The notes under the pieces: model-generated | The model's database searches: none | Told to the model about the DNA's origin: nothing | Seen by the model: only the letters and a program-made list of their open reading frames with translations | Assembly (NCBI RefSeq): GCF_009914755.1 | Contig: NC_060935.1 | Direction: 5' to 3' (one strand) | Length of the DNA stretch: 64,000 nt | From: the human T2T-CHM13v2.0 reference genome, Homo sapiens | Position numbers and translations under genes: made by a program | Shown: positions 50,763-64,000 of the stretch, one piece after another | How the letters are laid out: the number at the start of each line of letters is the position of its first letter | How positions within the stretch are numbered: position 1 is the stretch's first letter

Positions 50763-53700
50763 TAGATGAAACATCTACAGATCCTCTCTGAAAATACTAG
50801 ATTTTTTTAAAAGTTATTTCCTGACTTATCTACTTCCTCTGGGGCTAATTTTCCTTCCTTATCTTGGTTCCTCTCTTTAATGTTGTGTTTCTCTCAAATG
50901 TCTGCAGATCCTTAGCTATTCATTCATATTTATAAGTGAAGGATAGATTAGTGTATGTAATTAGCATTAGTTTTTCTGAAACTTATGTAAGTCTGTTTTT
51001 CCACTGTCCTACTCTGAATGGGAGGTCTGATACGATCTGTTTGTGAGTTATAGATAGATGGTTATTGGCAAGTGTTACTTTAGGGTATGTAGGCATGGAA
51101 AAGTAGAGATTCCCCTCCTCCCAGGTATCAAAAGTATGAGAAATTTACTCTTGGGATGGAAAACTTTAATGTATTTTCCTTCACTGCAGAGCTACTTCTC
51201 CTGTTTCCTTTTCTTTATATCTGCGGTAGAATTTTGCAGTTAACTCAGGTTCCTCTGTTTCTCTCTGAGGCCCCTATACCCACAGCAAGAGCTTTCCTCA
51301 AGTAGGCAGTTTACTTTCTTCAGAAAATTAGCTGATTTTAGCTTAGAATCAAATGCACCTGCTGCCTTTTGTTCACTGTAAGGAGGAGGCTGCCCCTACT
51401 GTTTCAAAGGTAGAATTAAATTAATTTACCCTTGAAGATGACCCATGACTCTTTCCTGCTTCTTGTATATATTCTTTCAGCCCATTTTCTCTGGAGCTAC
51501 TTTCATTTTCCTAGGCATCTTCTCTTACACATACTTTAAGCTGTGGCTTCTTCTGCTCTGATCAATCTGACCTTTTCTGCTTTCTATCTTCCATGAATTC
51601 CTCACAACAGTTGATTTATGTCATGCTTTTGTTTCAGAGCATTGCTTTTAATTTGGTTTTTAAGAAATCTTTTCTGAAATTAAGAAATTTGAGATAGCAA
51701 GAGAGATGGGCACATGAATTCAGTTTACTATCTTGATCCAATTTCCAAAGAAATCTAAGATGTTAGTTTAGACATCACATATCCAACTACATCAATCTTC
51801 TACTTAAAATAGTCCCTCAGCTCCAGCACAAAGTCCAAGCTCTCTGGCCTAACATACTGGATCCTTAACCCAACTTTTGTTCATGCTGTCCATCAGACAG
51901 GAAAGCACTGCCTTTTTCTCTGCCTGGTATCATTACCTGATGCCTACTTAACACTATATTATAAATCCTTGTTTACATGTTCTGATTCATCACAAAAATT
52001 GTGAGACCAAGAGCAGAGATCTTACTAGTCCTTGACTTCTCAGCACCCAAAGAACTTATCATGTGGTAACTATTCATTTTATAAATGAGAATCAGGCATT
52101 AAAATGCCATGGAATCTTAGAGTCAGATCTCAGACCAGTGAACCACAGATAACAGAATTTAGAGCTAAAAGGGACTTTAAGATTATGTTTGTTAAACGAA
52201 CAAAGCTTTAAGGCCCAAGAACTCTGCAAACTTCCTTGTACTTCAGAGCAGAATAAATCACTCCATCAAATATAACCCTATTGTACATTATTCATGCCTC
52301 TCTTGCAGCCCTTATCTCCCCAGTCTGTCATTAATTTTTTTTCTCAAGGATTAAGACAGTGCACGTTCATTTTTGTGTCACTTGTATTTTGGCATAAAGA
52401 AGATACTAAGTCAATATTTAGGGTATGAGTGAATACATGAATGCTCAGGAGAGCAGAATTTTGTGCTGGTTTCTACTACTAACTCATTCAAACGTAGGGA
52501 GTGAGTCACTTAATCTTTCTGAGTCTTAATTTCTTAGGCAGCAATTATATTTGATTATTTCACAAGTGGAATCATCTGTTTGAAACCAACATGGAAAATA
52601 ATGACATGCTACCATAATACAAAACATATCCTCCATGTAAAACTAGTAAGGATATATAGAGCACTGAGCTAGTGCTGGACAAATGTTCTGAACTAGGGGA
52701 GAACAATGTCCTTGACAGCCTTAGTGGTTTTAATTGTAGATACTAAACCAGTACAAGTTTTTACCAAGCAGGTGTTATCCTCCCTGCCATATGGCATGAA
52801 CCCCAGGGCTCTTCCTCCTCAATAACAAACAACATAGCTACAGCTTTACTGCAGTCTCCTTTATAAGACCTCAATGACATCTTTTTTTGTTCCTTGCCAC
52901 AGTGAAAAGAACCCTAAACTGAGATTCACAAGACTCAGTTGTAATGTGGTTCTAATTATAAGTCTTCAGGAAACTCTGTTTTTCTGCCTATGAAATGGAG
53001 ATGACAATACTTTGTACATAAGTAATTGTGAGGCTAATCATGCTTACATAAAGTTTTTAACACCGTGCATCGCAGGCACTCAATATTGATAGCTATCACT
53101 CTTCCTACAAAAGCATAAAGACATTTGAGCCACAAAGCACAATTCGGCTTAAAGCCTCTTCTTTAATAATTTACTATTCAAAGATCCTATATTTGCAAAT
53201 TCTTTCCCATCTTTTAATCACATCTCTTCTATTTGATGAAAGGCAGCACAAATCAGGGGAAAGCAGTATAGGCTGGGAATCAGATGCCTATTGCCATTAA
53301 CTCTTTTCCATTTCAGTTTTATCATCTACAAGGATAATAACTTACCTCAGTAAGCTCCTGTGAGGATTCAGAGAGTCAGTAAGAAAGGATCCAACAGGTT
53401 GCAAGGCACTGAACGTGTGAATATTGTTTTTTATAATCAATATGTGTAAAAATGACTCCGAATAAACCAGTCCCCACTGGTGGAAGCATGGTTCAAAGTA
53501 TTTTGATGGTGACTCGGTATTGTGTTAGAACTTAACCACTCTTCTGCTTAAGTTCTTTAAGCGTCTCATCACCTTTAAGATAAGTCAAACTCCTACATGA
53601 TCTGTCCTGCTTACCAATCCTCCTCATCACCCACCTCTACTTCCTTCACTATTCACATTCTAGTCATAACCACTTCGCAGTTCCCTGTGCAAGTATGCCT

Positions 53701-54192
53701 CATGAACTTCCTTGCCCACATACATGCTATTCTCTTTCTGTGTGGAATACCCGCATTTCCCCTTAATCCCTGCTCTAGATAACTAACTCATTCAGCTCAG
53801 ACTTTACCATCAGGAAGCTTTCTCTGACACATCCAACCTTTCATTCAGTAAATGTTTACCAAATGCCAAGACTTGCCAGATGCCAAGGATATAACAATTA
53901 ACAAGTCAGAGACAGCCCCTGGCTTCATGAAGGTTAGCATGCTGCACTATAATTGTCTGTCTGTGCCTTCAAGCACAAACAGGAATCATGAAGAACTGGC
54001 TGCTTGAGGTCTTCAACCTCAAGACTGGGAGGTTCTTAGGTACTGGGACATGTCTGACCATCTCTGTAATGTCACTTATTCACACCGGACTTGGCATAGG
54101 ATAAACTAGGGCTTTTGCAAATGTTTAGTAAATCAATATGGCATAACCACCTATGTACAAGAGACAACATCAGATGTAAAAAATAAATAGCA

Positions 54193-54522
54193 ACCAGGTG
54201 TGGTGGCTCACACCTGTAATCCTAACACTTTGGGAGGTCGAGGCAGGAGGATCACTTGAAGCCAGGAGTTTGAGAACACATAATGAGAACCACATCTCTA
54301 CCAAAACTTTTAAAAAATTGTCTGTCTGACAATTTGACATCACACTCAATAAGCTGAGTGTGATGGCTTATACCTGTAGTCCCAGCTATTCAGAGGGCTG
54401 GGGCAGGAGCATCATTTGAGCCCAGGAGTTTGAGTTTACACTGAGCTATGATCACACCATTGCACTCCCGCCTGGGCAACAGAGCAAAACCTCGTCTCTT
54501 TAAAAAAAAAAAAAAAAAAAAA
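54193..54522 (+). mobile_element. AluJ with a ~30-bp insertion in the linker
   Basis: Divergent dimer with A-tail. Confidence 0.85.
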
Positions 54523-55265
54523 GCAGTATTCTCTTATATGCATCACATTTTACTATTTATAGGACCCTTTCAAATACATCAACATCACATTTTATCCGTA
54601 AGTGCCCTGGGAAATAGAATTTGTAAGTTAAGAGAGACAGAGAGATCATCTAGTTTACTCTCCAGCCAATTCTTCATGATTTCTATAACATCCATTTGAG
54701 TGTCAAAGCATTCATTACAACTTCAGAGGACAGAATGAATGACTTTAAATGAATAAAATCTGCTCCCTTCAACAATTAGTACTAATCTTGGTTTTGCAGA
54801 CTCCATAGACCAAAGAGGAAATTTTCTTCTAAGTGTAGGTATCTGAAGACATGTCCAGGTGAGGGCACAGTGTATCATCCTCATTTTATTGATGAAGAAA
54901 TTGAAGCTCAAAGAGGCAAACTGACTTTCCCAAGGTTCAAAGCTACAAATTAAAACTGAGTCTAAAGCCATACCTTCTGGTTCCAAAATTAGAATTTCTA
55001 GAACATTTTACGACTATTATGAATCCATAAAAATTAAAAATAAAAAAATTATCACAAAGAAAGAATTTCTAGGACATTAAAGCTGAAAGGGATACCCCCT
55101 ATTTATTATATCTAATTTCTTTATTGGATAGATAGGAATTCTGAGGCCAAGGGTGCAGGAGTGACTAATATGAGTGCCTCCCAGCTCAGGCTCTGCCTCT
55201 ACCACACTGTCTTGATCCTTACCTCCACATCTGCCCACATCAAAATAGAGTAAATAAAGACTTAC

Positions 55266-55303
55266 CAAGGCATTAGAAGAATTGTAATCCTCAGCTGACT
55301 TAT
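55266..55303 (-). CDS. PAK1: PAK1 exon 5 (DKSAEDYNSSNAL)
   Basis: 38-nt exon found manually; cag acceptor, gtaagt donor; phase 1-0 joins exons 4 and 6. Confidence 0.95.
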
Positions 55304-55554
55304 CTGCACAGGAAGAAAAACAAGGGACTTAGTCAATAACAGTTACAGTTAAATTTTTCTGGACAGCAAAAGAAGTCTATCTGGTCAAGCACGTGCCAGA
55401 TTCAGAGAATAGTAATAGTATGACTGGTACTACAGGCTAGATATCATGCTAAATGCATTATACATATCACCTTCTTTAATCCTCATTATGGCTCTGAGTA
55501 CTATTATTATATCTACTTTTATTGATTTGGAAACAAGTTCAGAGATGTTAAGTA

Positions 55555-56072
55555 CAGTTGGGTGTGGCTTAGCAATGGGGTATGTTCTGTGAAATGTGTC
55601 ATCAGGTAATTTGGTCATTATGTGAACATCATAGAGTGTACTTACACAAACCTAGACGGTATAGCCTGCTACATACCTGGGCTATATTGTATAGCCTATT
55701 GCTTTCTAGGCTACAAACCTGTACAGCACGTTACTGCAGGCAACTGTAACACAACGGTAAGTATTTGTATATCTAAACATAGAAAAGGTACAATAAAAAA
55801 TATGGTTTACAAGGTAAATAAAAGGATACACCTATATGAGCACTTACCATAAATAGAGCCTGCAGGACTGGAAGTTGCTCTGGGTGAGTCAGTGAGTGAG
55901 TGATGAGTAAATGTGAAGGCCTAAGTAGGACATTACCAGTGTACACTTAGGCTATGCTAAATTTATTTTAAACTTCAGGAATCACTAGGTGATAAGAATT
56001 TTTCAACTCCCTTATAATATTAATTATCAGACCACCATTGTATATGCGGTCTGTTGTTGTGGCACATGACTG
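55555..56072 (+). mobile_element. Tigger3/MER7-family DNA transposon nested in a MIR
   Basis: ta|cagttgggtgtggcttagcaatggggtatgttctg...cacatgactg; MIR halves on each side. Confidence 0.8.
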
Positions 56073-56440
56073 TTATTTGCCCAGGGTACACACAGGTTAA
56101 AGAGAGGAATTAGATTTGAATTCTGGTCTCATTCTAAATACTACGCTAGAACTGTATCCACATCATCAGCTATATCACTGTCAGGCTTAAATGGCCAAGA
56201 AAATCTGCATTCTAAAAGAAAAGGAAAGAATCCATAGCACCATCCTGAGTCATCCATGCCAAAACATGGCCAGTCTCCAGTTTCAGCTTTCATAAAGGAT
56301 CCTTCTATATCCATATCTACTGCCCACAAGGACAAAAGGACTAAGGTTGAGGAAAAGAGAGGTATTGATCCTGTCAAGTCTAATTAAAGGTAGGGTCTTG
56401 TTTTCCAAGAATAGAATCAAGCTCCCTCAATGAAGCAATT

Positions 56441-56615
56441 ACCATGTTTCACTGATTCTGAGATGTACATTTTTTCACATTAACGTCTCTGAAACAGAGG
56501 TGTGTCCTACTTTCTAAAGCATGTTATGGTTTAATTGGCAGCTTTATTTTCTTTGATTGGTATGCAAATAATTGTACATCTTACAATCAGTGGTATCTTA
56601 GACTTCATAAAATTT
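56441..56615. mobile_element. MER104-like TcMar MITE
   Basis: taccatgtttcactgattctgagatg...catcttacaatc...tcttagacttcataaaat. Confidence 0.6.
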
Positions 56616-57396
56616 GAAAGAGAGACCCAATGGAGATCTTAGGAAGAAAGTAAGTTTAAAGACCAGGTAATGTCTTCAGTTTTGTTCTTTAATTCCCCTG
56701 GGTCCAAGAAAAACTGACTGCCAATTCACCACTAATAGAATTAAGGAGGGGAAATATTCTACCAAATCCAATATATTCCTCACCAAGAACCAAGCCCAGA
56801 GAATGTACAATTCCAATTCCATCATGTAAAAAAGTGCTAGATACAGCTTCTTTGACACTACAGCAAATCATGAACCCACAAAGCAGGAAATAAGGCAAGC
56901 TCTGACAACTTGTTCTTATAACAAATCCAGAATAGCTAGCAGTATTCTGGAGAAATAAATTCAGGATATACTTTAAACATAATTCGTTTGTTTTTTCTTG
57001 TCCAAAAGACTATAGACTATCAACTTTGGCAGAGTACAACACTATGCCTTCACTGCACTACCCCCAACTTTACGTACTGCTAGTATTTTTGAAGATTGGG
57101 TATTTTGGTAATAGGCATACTTGTTATGTCATATAAAAATAAGTAAACACTCCCTTTAAAGGTGATGAACTTCTATATATCAAAATCAAATTCCAAAGCA
57201 CAGAATGATGGAACAGAAAGTGCTTCCAGCACTTTCATTTTACAGATGAGTAAAATGAGGTGCAGAAAAGGAAAAAGATTGGTTCAAGGTCACGTAAGTC
57301 AGTGGCAAAATAGGGCTAAGACCCAGTTGAGTTGTCAATCTAGTCTACTTTTTCCCTATTACATTAGCTACTAACAGGTATAAAAAATTAAGTGTT

Positions 57397-57785
<389 letters not shown>

Positions 57786-57933
57786 TTAAAATACATTTCC
57801 ATCATGTATCAGCTGAGTCACTTGGGGTATGTCATTTAACTTCTCTGAGCCTAATTAATTTCTTTGAGTATATAAAATGAGCATAATAGTCCTTGCCCTG
57901 CCAATCTAAGGCCATCATAAGAATCACATGAGG

Positions 57934-58187
57934 GAGCCAGGCTCAGTGGCTCACACCAGTAATCCCAGAACTGTGGGAAGCCAAGGTGAGCAGGTCACTT
58001 GAGGTCAGGAGTTCCAGACCAGCCTGGCCAACATGGTGAACTGTCTCTATTAAAACACAAAAATTAGCTGGGGGTGGTGGTGCATGCCTGCAGTCCCAGT
58101 TACTCAGGAGGCTGAGGCAGGAGAATCACCTGAGCCCAGGAGGCACAGGCTGCAGTGAGCCAAGATCACACCACAGGACTCCAGCAA
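57934..58187 (+). mobile_element. 3'-truncated, essentially tailless Alu with intact TSD
   Basis: Ends at actccagc; TSD aagaatcacatgagg 57919-57933 and 58188-58202. Confidence 0.9.
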
Positions 58188-59536
58188 AAGAATCACATGA
58201 GGTAATTCACATGTGAGCATATACAAATGAGGTAGTATTATCATAACTAATAGTATAAGAGGATGGTAAATAGGGAAAGGAGAGATATGACACTTAAAAA
58301 AACCTATACCAAATATGCAATTTTGCCTAGAGTTGGCCCTAGTCTTCAACTTATAGAAAATTAAAATTCTTGCATACATATATATACATGTGCACAAATT
58401 TATACATACAAAAGTAGATGTACACACGTATCTGTACATATACACTCAATATTATTCATATGTGCATGCACGAATGAACATACACATAATTACCTGAATG
58501 TTTATATTTATACATATGTTCGTTCATGAATACCTGAGTGGACTTTATCTTTGTTCATGAATACTTAAGTAGGCTTTAATTCCAAATATATGCAAACCCA
58601 CAGGGCTATGTCTCTGTTTACATACACATTTACATGCCACTAGCACATATTTACATACATACATGCAGGAAAGATCCTTGCAAAGACTTGGCCACTGAGG
58701 TTTTCAAAGACAGCCTCTAACCTGATGTTTCCATGACAAGTTCCTTAAACACAAACTCTAATTTCCTGACTAGAAAACTTTCCCACTCAGTAGCCCTCCA
58801 GCCCAATTCCTCCTTGAAATGACTCAGTCCCTCAATGGAGTAAGTGAGACAGACTCAGCGGGGCCAGACGAGAGGAAGGAAATACTGCTGGGCACATGCA
58901 TGGCCCTCTCCTGGGCACCACCATAGCAGCATGAGTGAAGCTGCAGCCTGTCATCTCCACCATCTGTGCCCTTGAAACAAGCCAGATACTGGCTGGGGAA
59001 AGCATCCTTCAAAATTCACTAGTTCATCCTGGTTCTCACCTTCCCAACAATACTGCCATTTGAAGGAGGCAACATGAGTAAAGAGCCTAGAAATTAAAAG
59101 ATTAGCCCACTATTAATTTAGCATATTAGAAAGGCCTTCTTTGGTTCTCACACCTGCAAAACAATGGAAAGCTGGTCCGCTGTGGAAGGAGAGCCTCCAA
59201 ATAACATTATTAGGGGCAAGTAGTAAATTCAAAAGGTGATGTTACAGGAATTAGGAGACCTGGGTTCTAATCCCAATTCTGCTATTAAAAACACTCTGAA
59301 AAATATAGTCCCTTCTACCGAGGGTACATCTAAAGAAACTTATTCTTTATTGGCCTGTTTTTCATTTAACTAATAAAAATTAGTTCCCTGAGGAAGACAT
59401 ACATTAATGTTATTAAATAACTAATAATAATATTAACAATAATGATGACAATGATAGCTACATTTCTATGGTGATGTTTTACAACTTATAAAGAACTCTC
59501 ACATCAATCAGCTCACTTATTTCTCACTATAACCTC

Positions 59537-59822
59537 TTTTTTTGGAGACAGGGTCTCACTCTGTTGCCCAGGCTGGAGTGTAGTGGTGTGATCCTTGCTC
59601 ACTGCAACTCCACCTCCCAGGCTCAAGTGATCCCTTCTCCTCAGCTTCCCAAGTAGCTGGGACCACAGGGATGCACCACCACACCCGGCTAATTTTTGTA
59701 TTTTTTGTAGAGACAGGGTTTTGCCATGTTGCCCAGACTGGTCTCGAACTCCTGACCTCAAGCGATCCTCTTGCCTTGGCCTCCCAAAGTGTTGGGATTA
59801 CAGGCGTGAGGCACTGCGCCCA
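59537..59822 (-). mobile_element. AluJ
   Basis: Dimer; TSD atttctcacta(t/c)a(a/g)cctctt. Confidence 0.93.
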
Positions 59823-60095
59823 ACCATTTCTCACTACAGCCTCTTGAGATAGGAATTCCCATTTTGAGATGCAAAGAAATGAAGTGACTGGTAGAACCTA
59901 GTAAAGGTCAGAATCTAGACCTTCTAGCACAAAACCTGTGTTCTCTCTATATAATACCATGCTATTTTTAAAAAAACGTGTGCAGTGACAGAGTGAAGAC
60001 TCAAGTTTGATGCAAAGTCCATCATCTTGGCTGTCAAATTCCAAAATTCCACGTTAAAGTGCCACTTCCACTCTTTCCACTACTTTCTTCTCTCA

Positions 60096-60347
<252 letters not shown>

Positions 60348-60831
60348 CTAACAGGAAGGCACAGTCACAGGGGAGCCTGAAAGAACATCAGAGCTAACTT
60401 TGACACTTGCTAGCAGCAAAAGATGCATTTATTAGTCATTCCTTTCTCTCTATACTCTCAGAGTTTACACAAGCCTCTTTTATAATATCTTTCTCATTGA
60501 ATTAGTCATTTCTTAAGATGTCTGCTCCTTCACCAGGCTATACCTCCAGGATGGTAGGATAGGATGTTGTTCCTGCATGATCAGTGCCCCACACAGAGCC
60601 TGCTACCAAGCCTACCATTTAACAGAGGTTTATTATTTAAGGAACGGAGATGGAAAGGCTTCTCTGGATACAATTTTGGCGATGAAAGTGTCCCACTCAT
60701 GAACGTGAGAAAATTGTAATCAGGGTCTCAGGCAAAGATAGAAGCATCAGGAAGATGAGAAAGGGTTGAATCTAACAGTGCACAGCCAGAACTCTAAAAG
60801 ACTAAAGACCTTTCTGTGACCCAGGACTTAC

Positions 60832-60932
60832 CGTAAACTCCCCTGTGACAGCATCAAAACCGACATGAATTGTGTGTTCAAAATCTGAAGGGAGAGAAAT
60901 CTCTGGCCGCTCTTTCTCTTTCTTTTTATTTG
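60832..60932 (-). CDS. PAK1: PAK1 exon 3 ([38 protein letters not shown] motif)
   Basis: Manual translation matches the PAK1 CRIB; cag acceptor 60933-60935, gtaagt donor 60826-60831; 101 nt, phase 1-0. Confidence 0.97.
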
Positions 60933-61149
60933 CTGCAAGAGAAACAGGCAAAAGGAAATAAAAAACAGGAACATTATTGTTTTTAGGCTTATTTTAGCTC
61001 TTTATTGAGCTGTAGTCTCCTTGAGAGGGCAAAGTCTATCTATTAATATTTCACATATGTAGAAGAGCTCAGTTACGGATCTGGATTGGAGCAGATACTC
61101 AATGCATGTTTAAAGACTTAATTTCTTGTTGAACTAAAGTACGGGAGGT

Positions 61150-61510
<361 letters not shown>

Positions 61511-62071
61511 CTAGCCAGTTGATATAGAGTAAGTCATCTTTTTTGTGAAGCCCTCCTTGATCTCTAGGCTGGGTGGTTCTTTACCCTCTCTGTTCCCACA
61601 GCACCCAATATATGTAATAGTAATTGACTATTATAAGTGTTTATCTTCCATACCAGACTGAATTCTAAGTGCAGAGGCCATGTCAAATTAATCACAGCTT
61701 CCCAGAGGCTAGCACACACCTGGACAAAGTAGGTGCTCAGACAGTAAGTGAAGAAAGGAAAAAATGACCAGACATTTAACTCAACTGGGCAAGGAGTTTA
61801 AAGAATCTGCCTAAGACACAAAAATTCTCTCCAGGGCAGGAATAAATGTTCATTTCAGCAGCTCTGGCCTGACTTTCACAACACTTGTTACCCAGCACCT
61901 GTGAACCTTATTTTAAAACCCTGCTGTCTGGGAGCTCAACACACTAACCAAAAGAAATTCTGAAGTTCTAACACCTCCACAGACCCAGCAAAACCCTGAT
62001 AAAAGGTAGCAAAATGAGAAGGAAAAAACAAAAAGGTCTAGAGTTCAAGCCAGTTTCACCTCTACCTCACC

Positions 62072-62076
<5 letters not shown>

Positions 62077-62116
<40 letters not shown>

Positions 62117-62132
62117 AGAGAGAGAAAGAGAG
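62077..62132. repeat. (TG)n(AG)n microsatellite
   Basis: Directly visible. Confidence 0.95.
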
Positions 62133-63648
62133 ACCAGGATCTCTGCTTTCTCATCTAAACAAGGGAGAGGATGAGCTAGATGATCTTAAGGGTCCCTCAA
62201 GCACCTACATTCTGTGAATCTATGAAAACAAGAAACTATGCTTTCTCAAAGCTCTGCAGTTAAGATTCCTTCCTGAGATGGCATCCCACAGTTTTAAATA
62301 GGTATTTCATACATATCATCTAATACAATCACCACAATCCTGAGGTAAGTTTTACTTGTAGATTAGAAAATTTGGGAGCAGACTTGCCTACAATCATTAA
62401 GTAATTAAAATCCAAAAAGTCTGGCATCAAAGCCAAGGCTCTTCACATTCTATTTTACCTCCCCTAAAAAATTTCAAGTTGAATCAAGAAAACATACTTC
62501 AGTGTAGTAAGAAGAAATGACATTAAGAACTTGCCATGTATACAAACCATGATGTCAATATAGTATTTTTCTTCATTCTTACAATCCTACAAGATAGATA
62601 TTACTACCGTCATTCTTACAATCCTATGAGATAAATACTACTACTGTCATTTTACAGATGAGGAAACTGAGTAATTTACTCATACAGCTACTGAGAGCTG
62701 GGATTTGAACCCAGGTCTGATTCCAAACGTTCATTCTTCAGTATCTTAATGAGAACCATTTGCCTACATGCCAAGTGCTAGGGTTTAAGCTATTTATGCA
62801 CTTGGCAATTTCCCTCTCAGAAGCAGCTGCTTTGAGAAAGAGAAGGCTAAGGGGTATACCAGGGCCCCAAGTCAAGCAGTCCTTTATGACGTAAGTCCAT
62901 CTGTCTTTCTCATAGCCAGAATGCACTGGAACATGTGGCAGGGCTTTGGAACTACTTTCTGTTTCTAAATTCCCTCTGATCTAGTCACTTAGGGAAGTAC
63001 AATTATATTTGTGTTTTATTTCAATTTTTATTTTCTATATCTATGCATGTTTATACATTATTTCTATTATATATAATTGATATACTATATAATACATCAC
63101 AGGCATGAACTGTCAAATGCATAAGAAACTTTGGTAAAGGAGACCCAAAAAGAAAGTTAGCTCAAAGCATGAGTGGTTTACAGAAAAGAGTTCCAGAGAA
63201 ATGAAATCATTTAATACATGAACACACAGGGTAATGCTAAAGTCAGCTCTGCTTCTACTGAGCACTCTTTACCCTGCAACCTTTGAATATACCTCACATA
63301 TTCCCACCTCCAACTTTTTGCTTGCTTTTTCTTCTCCTTGTTTGGAATGCTCTCTTCTCCTTCTCCCTATCTCAGCAATCTTTTAAAGACTGGCTCAGGT
63401 CCCACTTTTTCCAGGAAGGATTTCCTGACCTTTCTTCTTCCTGTTAATTCCCAAGACACTGAGTCTGCTACACCACCAAGCATCTAGTCATTTCCTATCT
63501 TATATAATTCCTTGCTAGTTTAAAAATCCAAAATGTAAGCTTCTTGAGGACCAAAATTACCACTTCCAATTACAATCCCTGTACTTCTGAATTTCAATAC
63601 AGCACATGGCTTACTTAGTTGAAGAACACTCTAGAAAATATTAGGGAA

Positions 63649-63946
63649 TGGCCGGGCACGGTGGCTCACGTCTGTAATCCCAGCACTTTGGGAGGCTGAA
63701 GCAGGCAGATCACTTGAGGTCAGGAGTTCAAGACCAGCCTGGCCAACATGGTGAAACTCCATCTCTACTAAAAATACAAAAATTAGCTGGGCGTGGAGAC
63801 ACATGCGTGTAATCCCAGCTACTCAGGAGGCTGAAGCATGAGAATAGCTTGAACCAGGAGGCAGAGGTTGAAGTGAACTGAAATTGTACCACTGCACTCC
63901 AGCCTGGGTGACAGAGTGAGGCTGTGTCTCAAAAAAATAAAGAAAG
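63649..63946 (+). mobile_element. AluS
   Basis: TSD agaaaatattaggga on both sides. Confidence 0.95.
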
Positions 63947-64000
63947 AAAATATTAGGGAGTGACTCTAGAGACCATGATCCCATTCCCTGAGGAAAGAGG

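Noticed and set aside
58370-58670. TACA/CATA-rich region with imperfect inverted and direct repeats
   Set aside because: Low-complexity decayed microsatellite; complementarity expected by composition

Overview
Primate (most likely human) genomic DNA covering the 3' part of PAK1 (p21-activated kinase 1) on the minus strand. I read 13 constitutive coding exons (numbered 3-15 on the usual PAK1 structure; exons 1-2 lie beyond the right end), all with GT-AG boundaries and matching phases. They encode PAK1 from T64 to the H545 stop: CRIB/autoinhibitory domain, acidic and PIX-binding region, kinase domain. A 49-nt MIR-derived cassette exon switches the last exon into a second frame (553-aa isoform ending DCCS). 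The ~1.27-kb 3'UTR has three AATAAA signals. Introns are repeat-rich: ~19 Alus, a 5'-truncated L1PA3-like element inside an AluJ tail, old L1M/L2/MIR pieces, MLT LTRs and DNA-transposon remnants. No new gene or clearly new system is evident. The strongest leads are: inverted Alus bracketing the frame-symmetric exon 3+4 block (whole CRIB/autoinhibitory module; stop-free 249-nt circle), an Alu tail converted into a 500-bp pure-purine tract near exon 14, and further MIR-derived candidate poison exons. Repeat subfamily names come from recalled consensus sequences; their ends are approximate.
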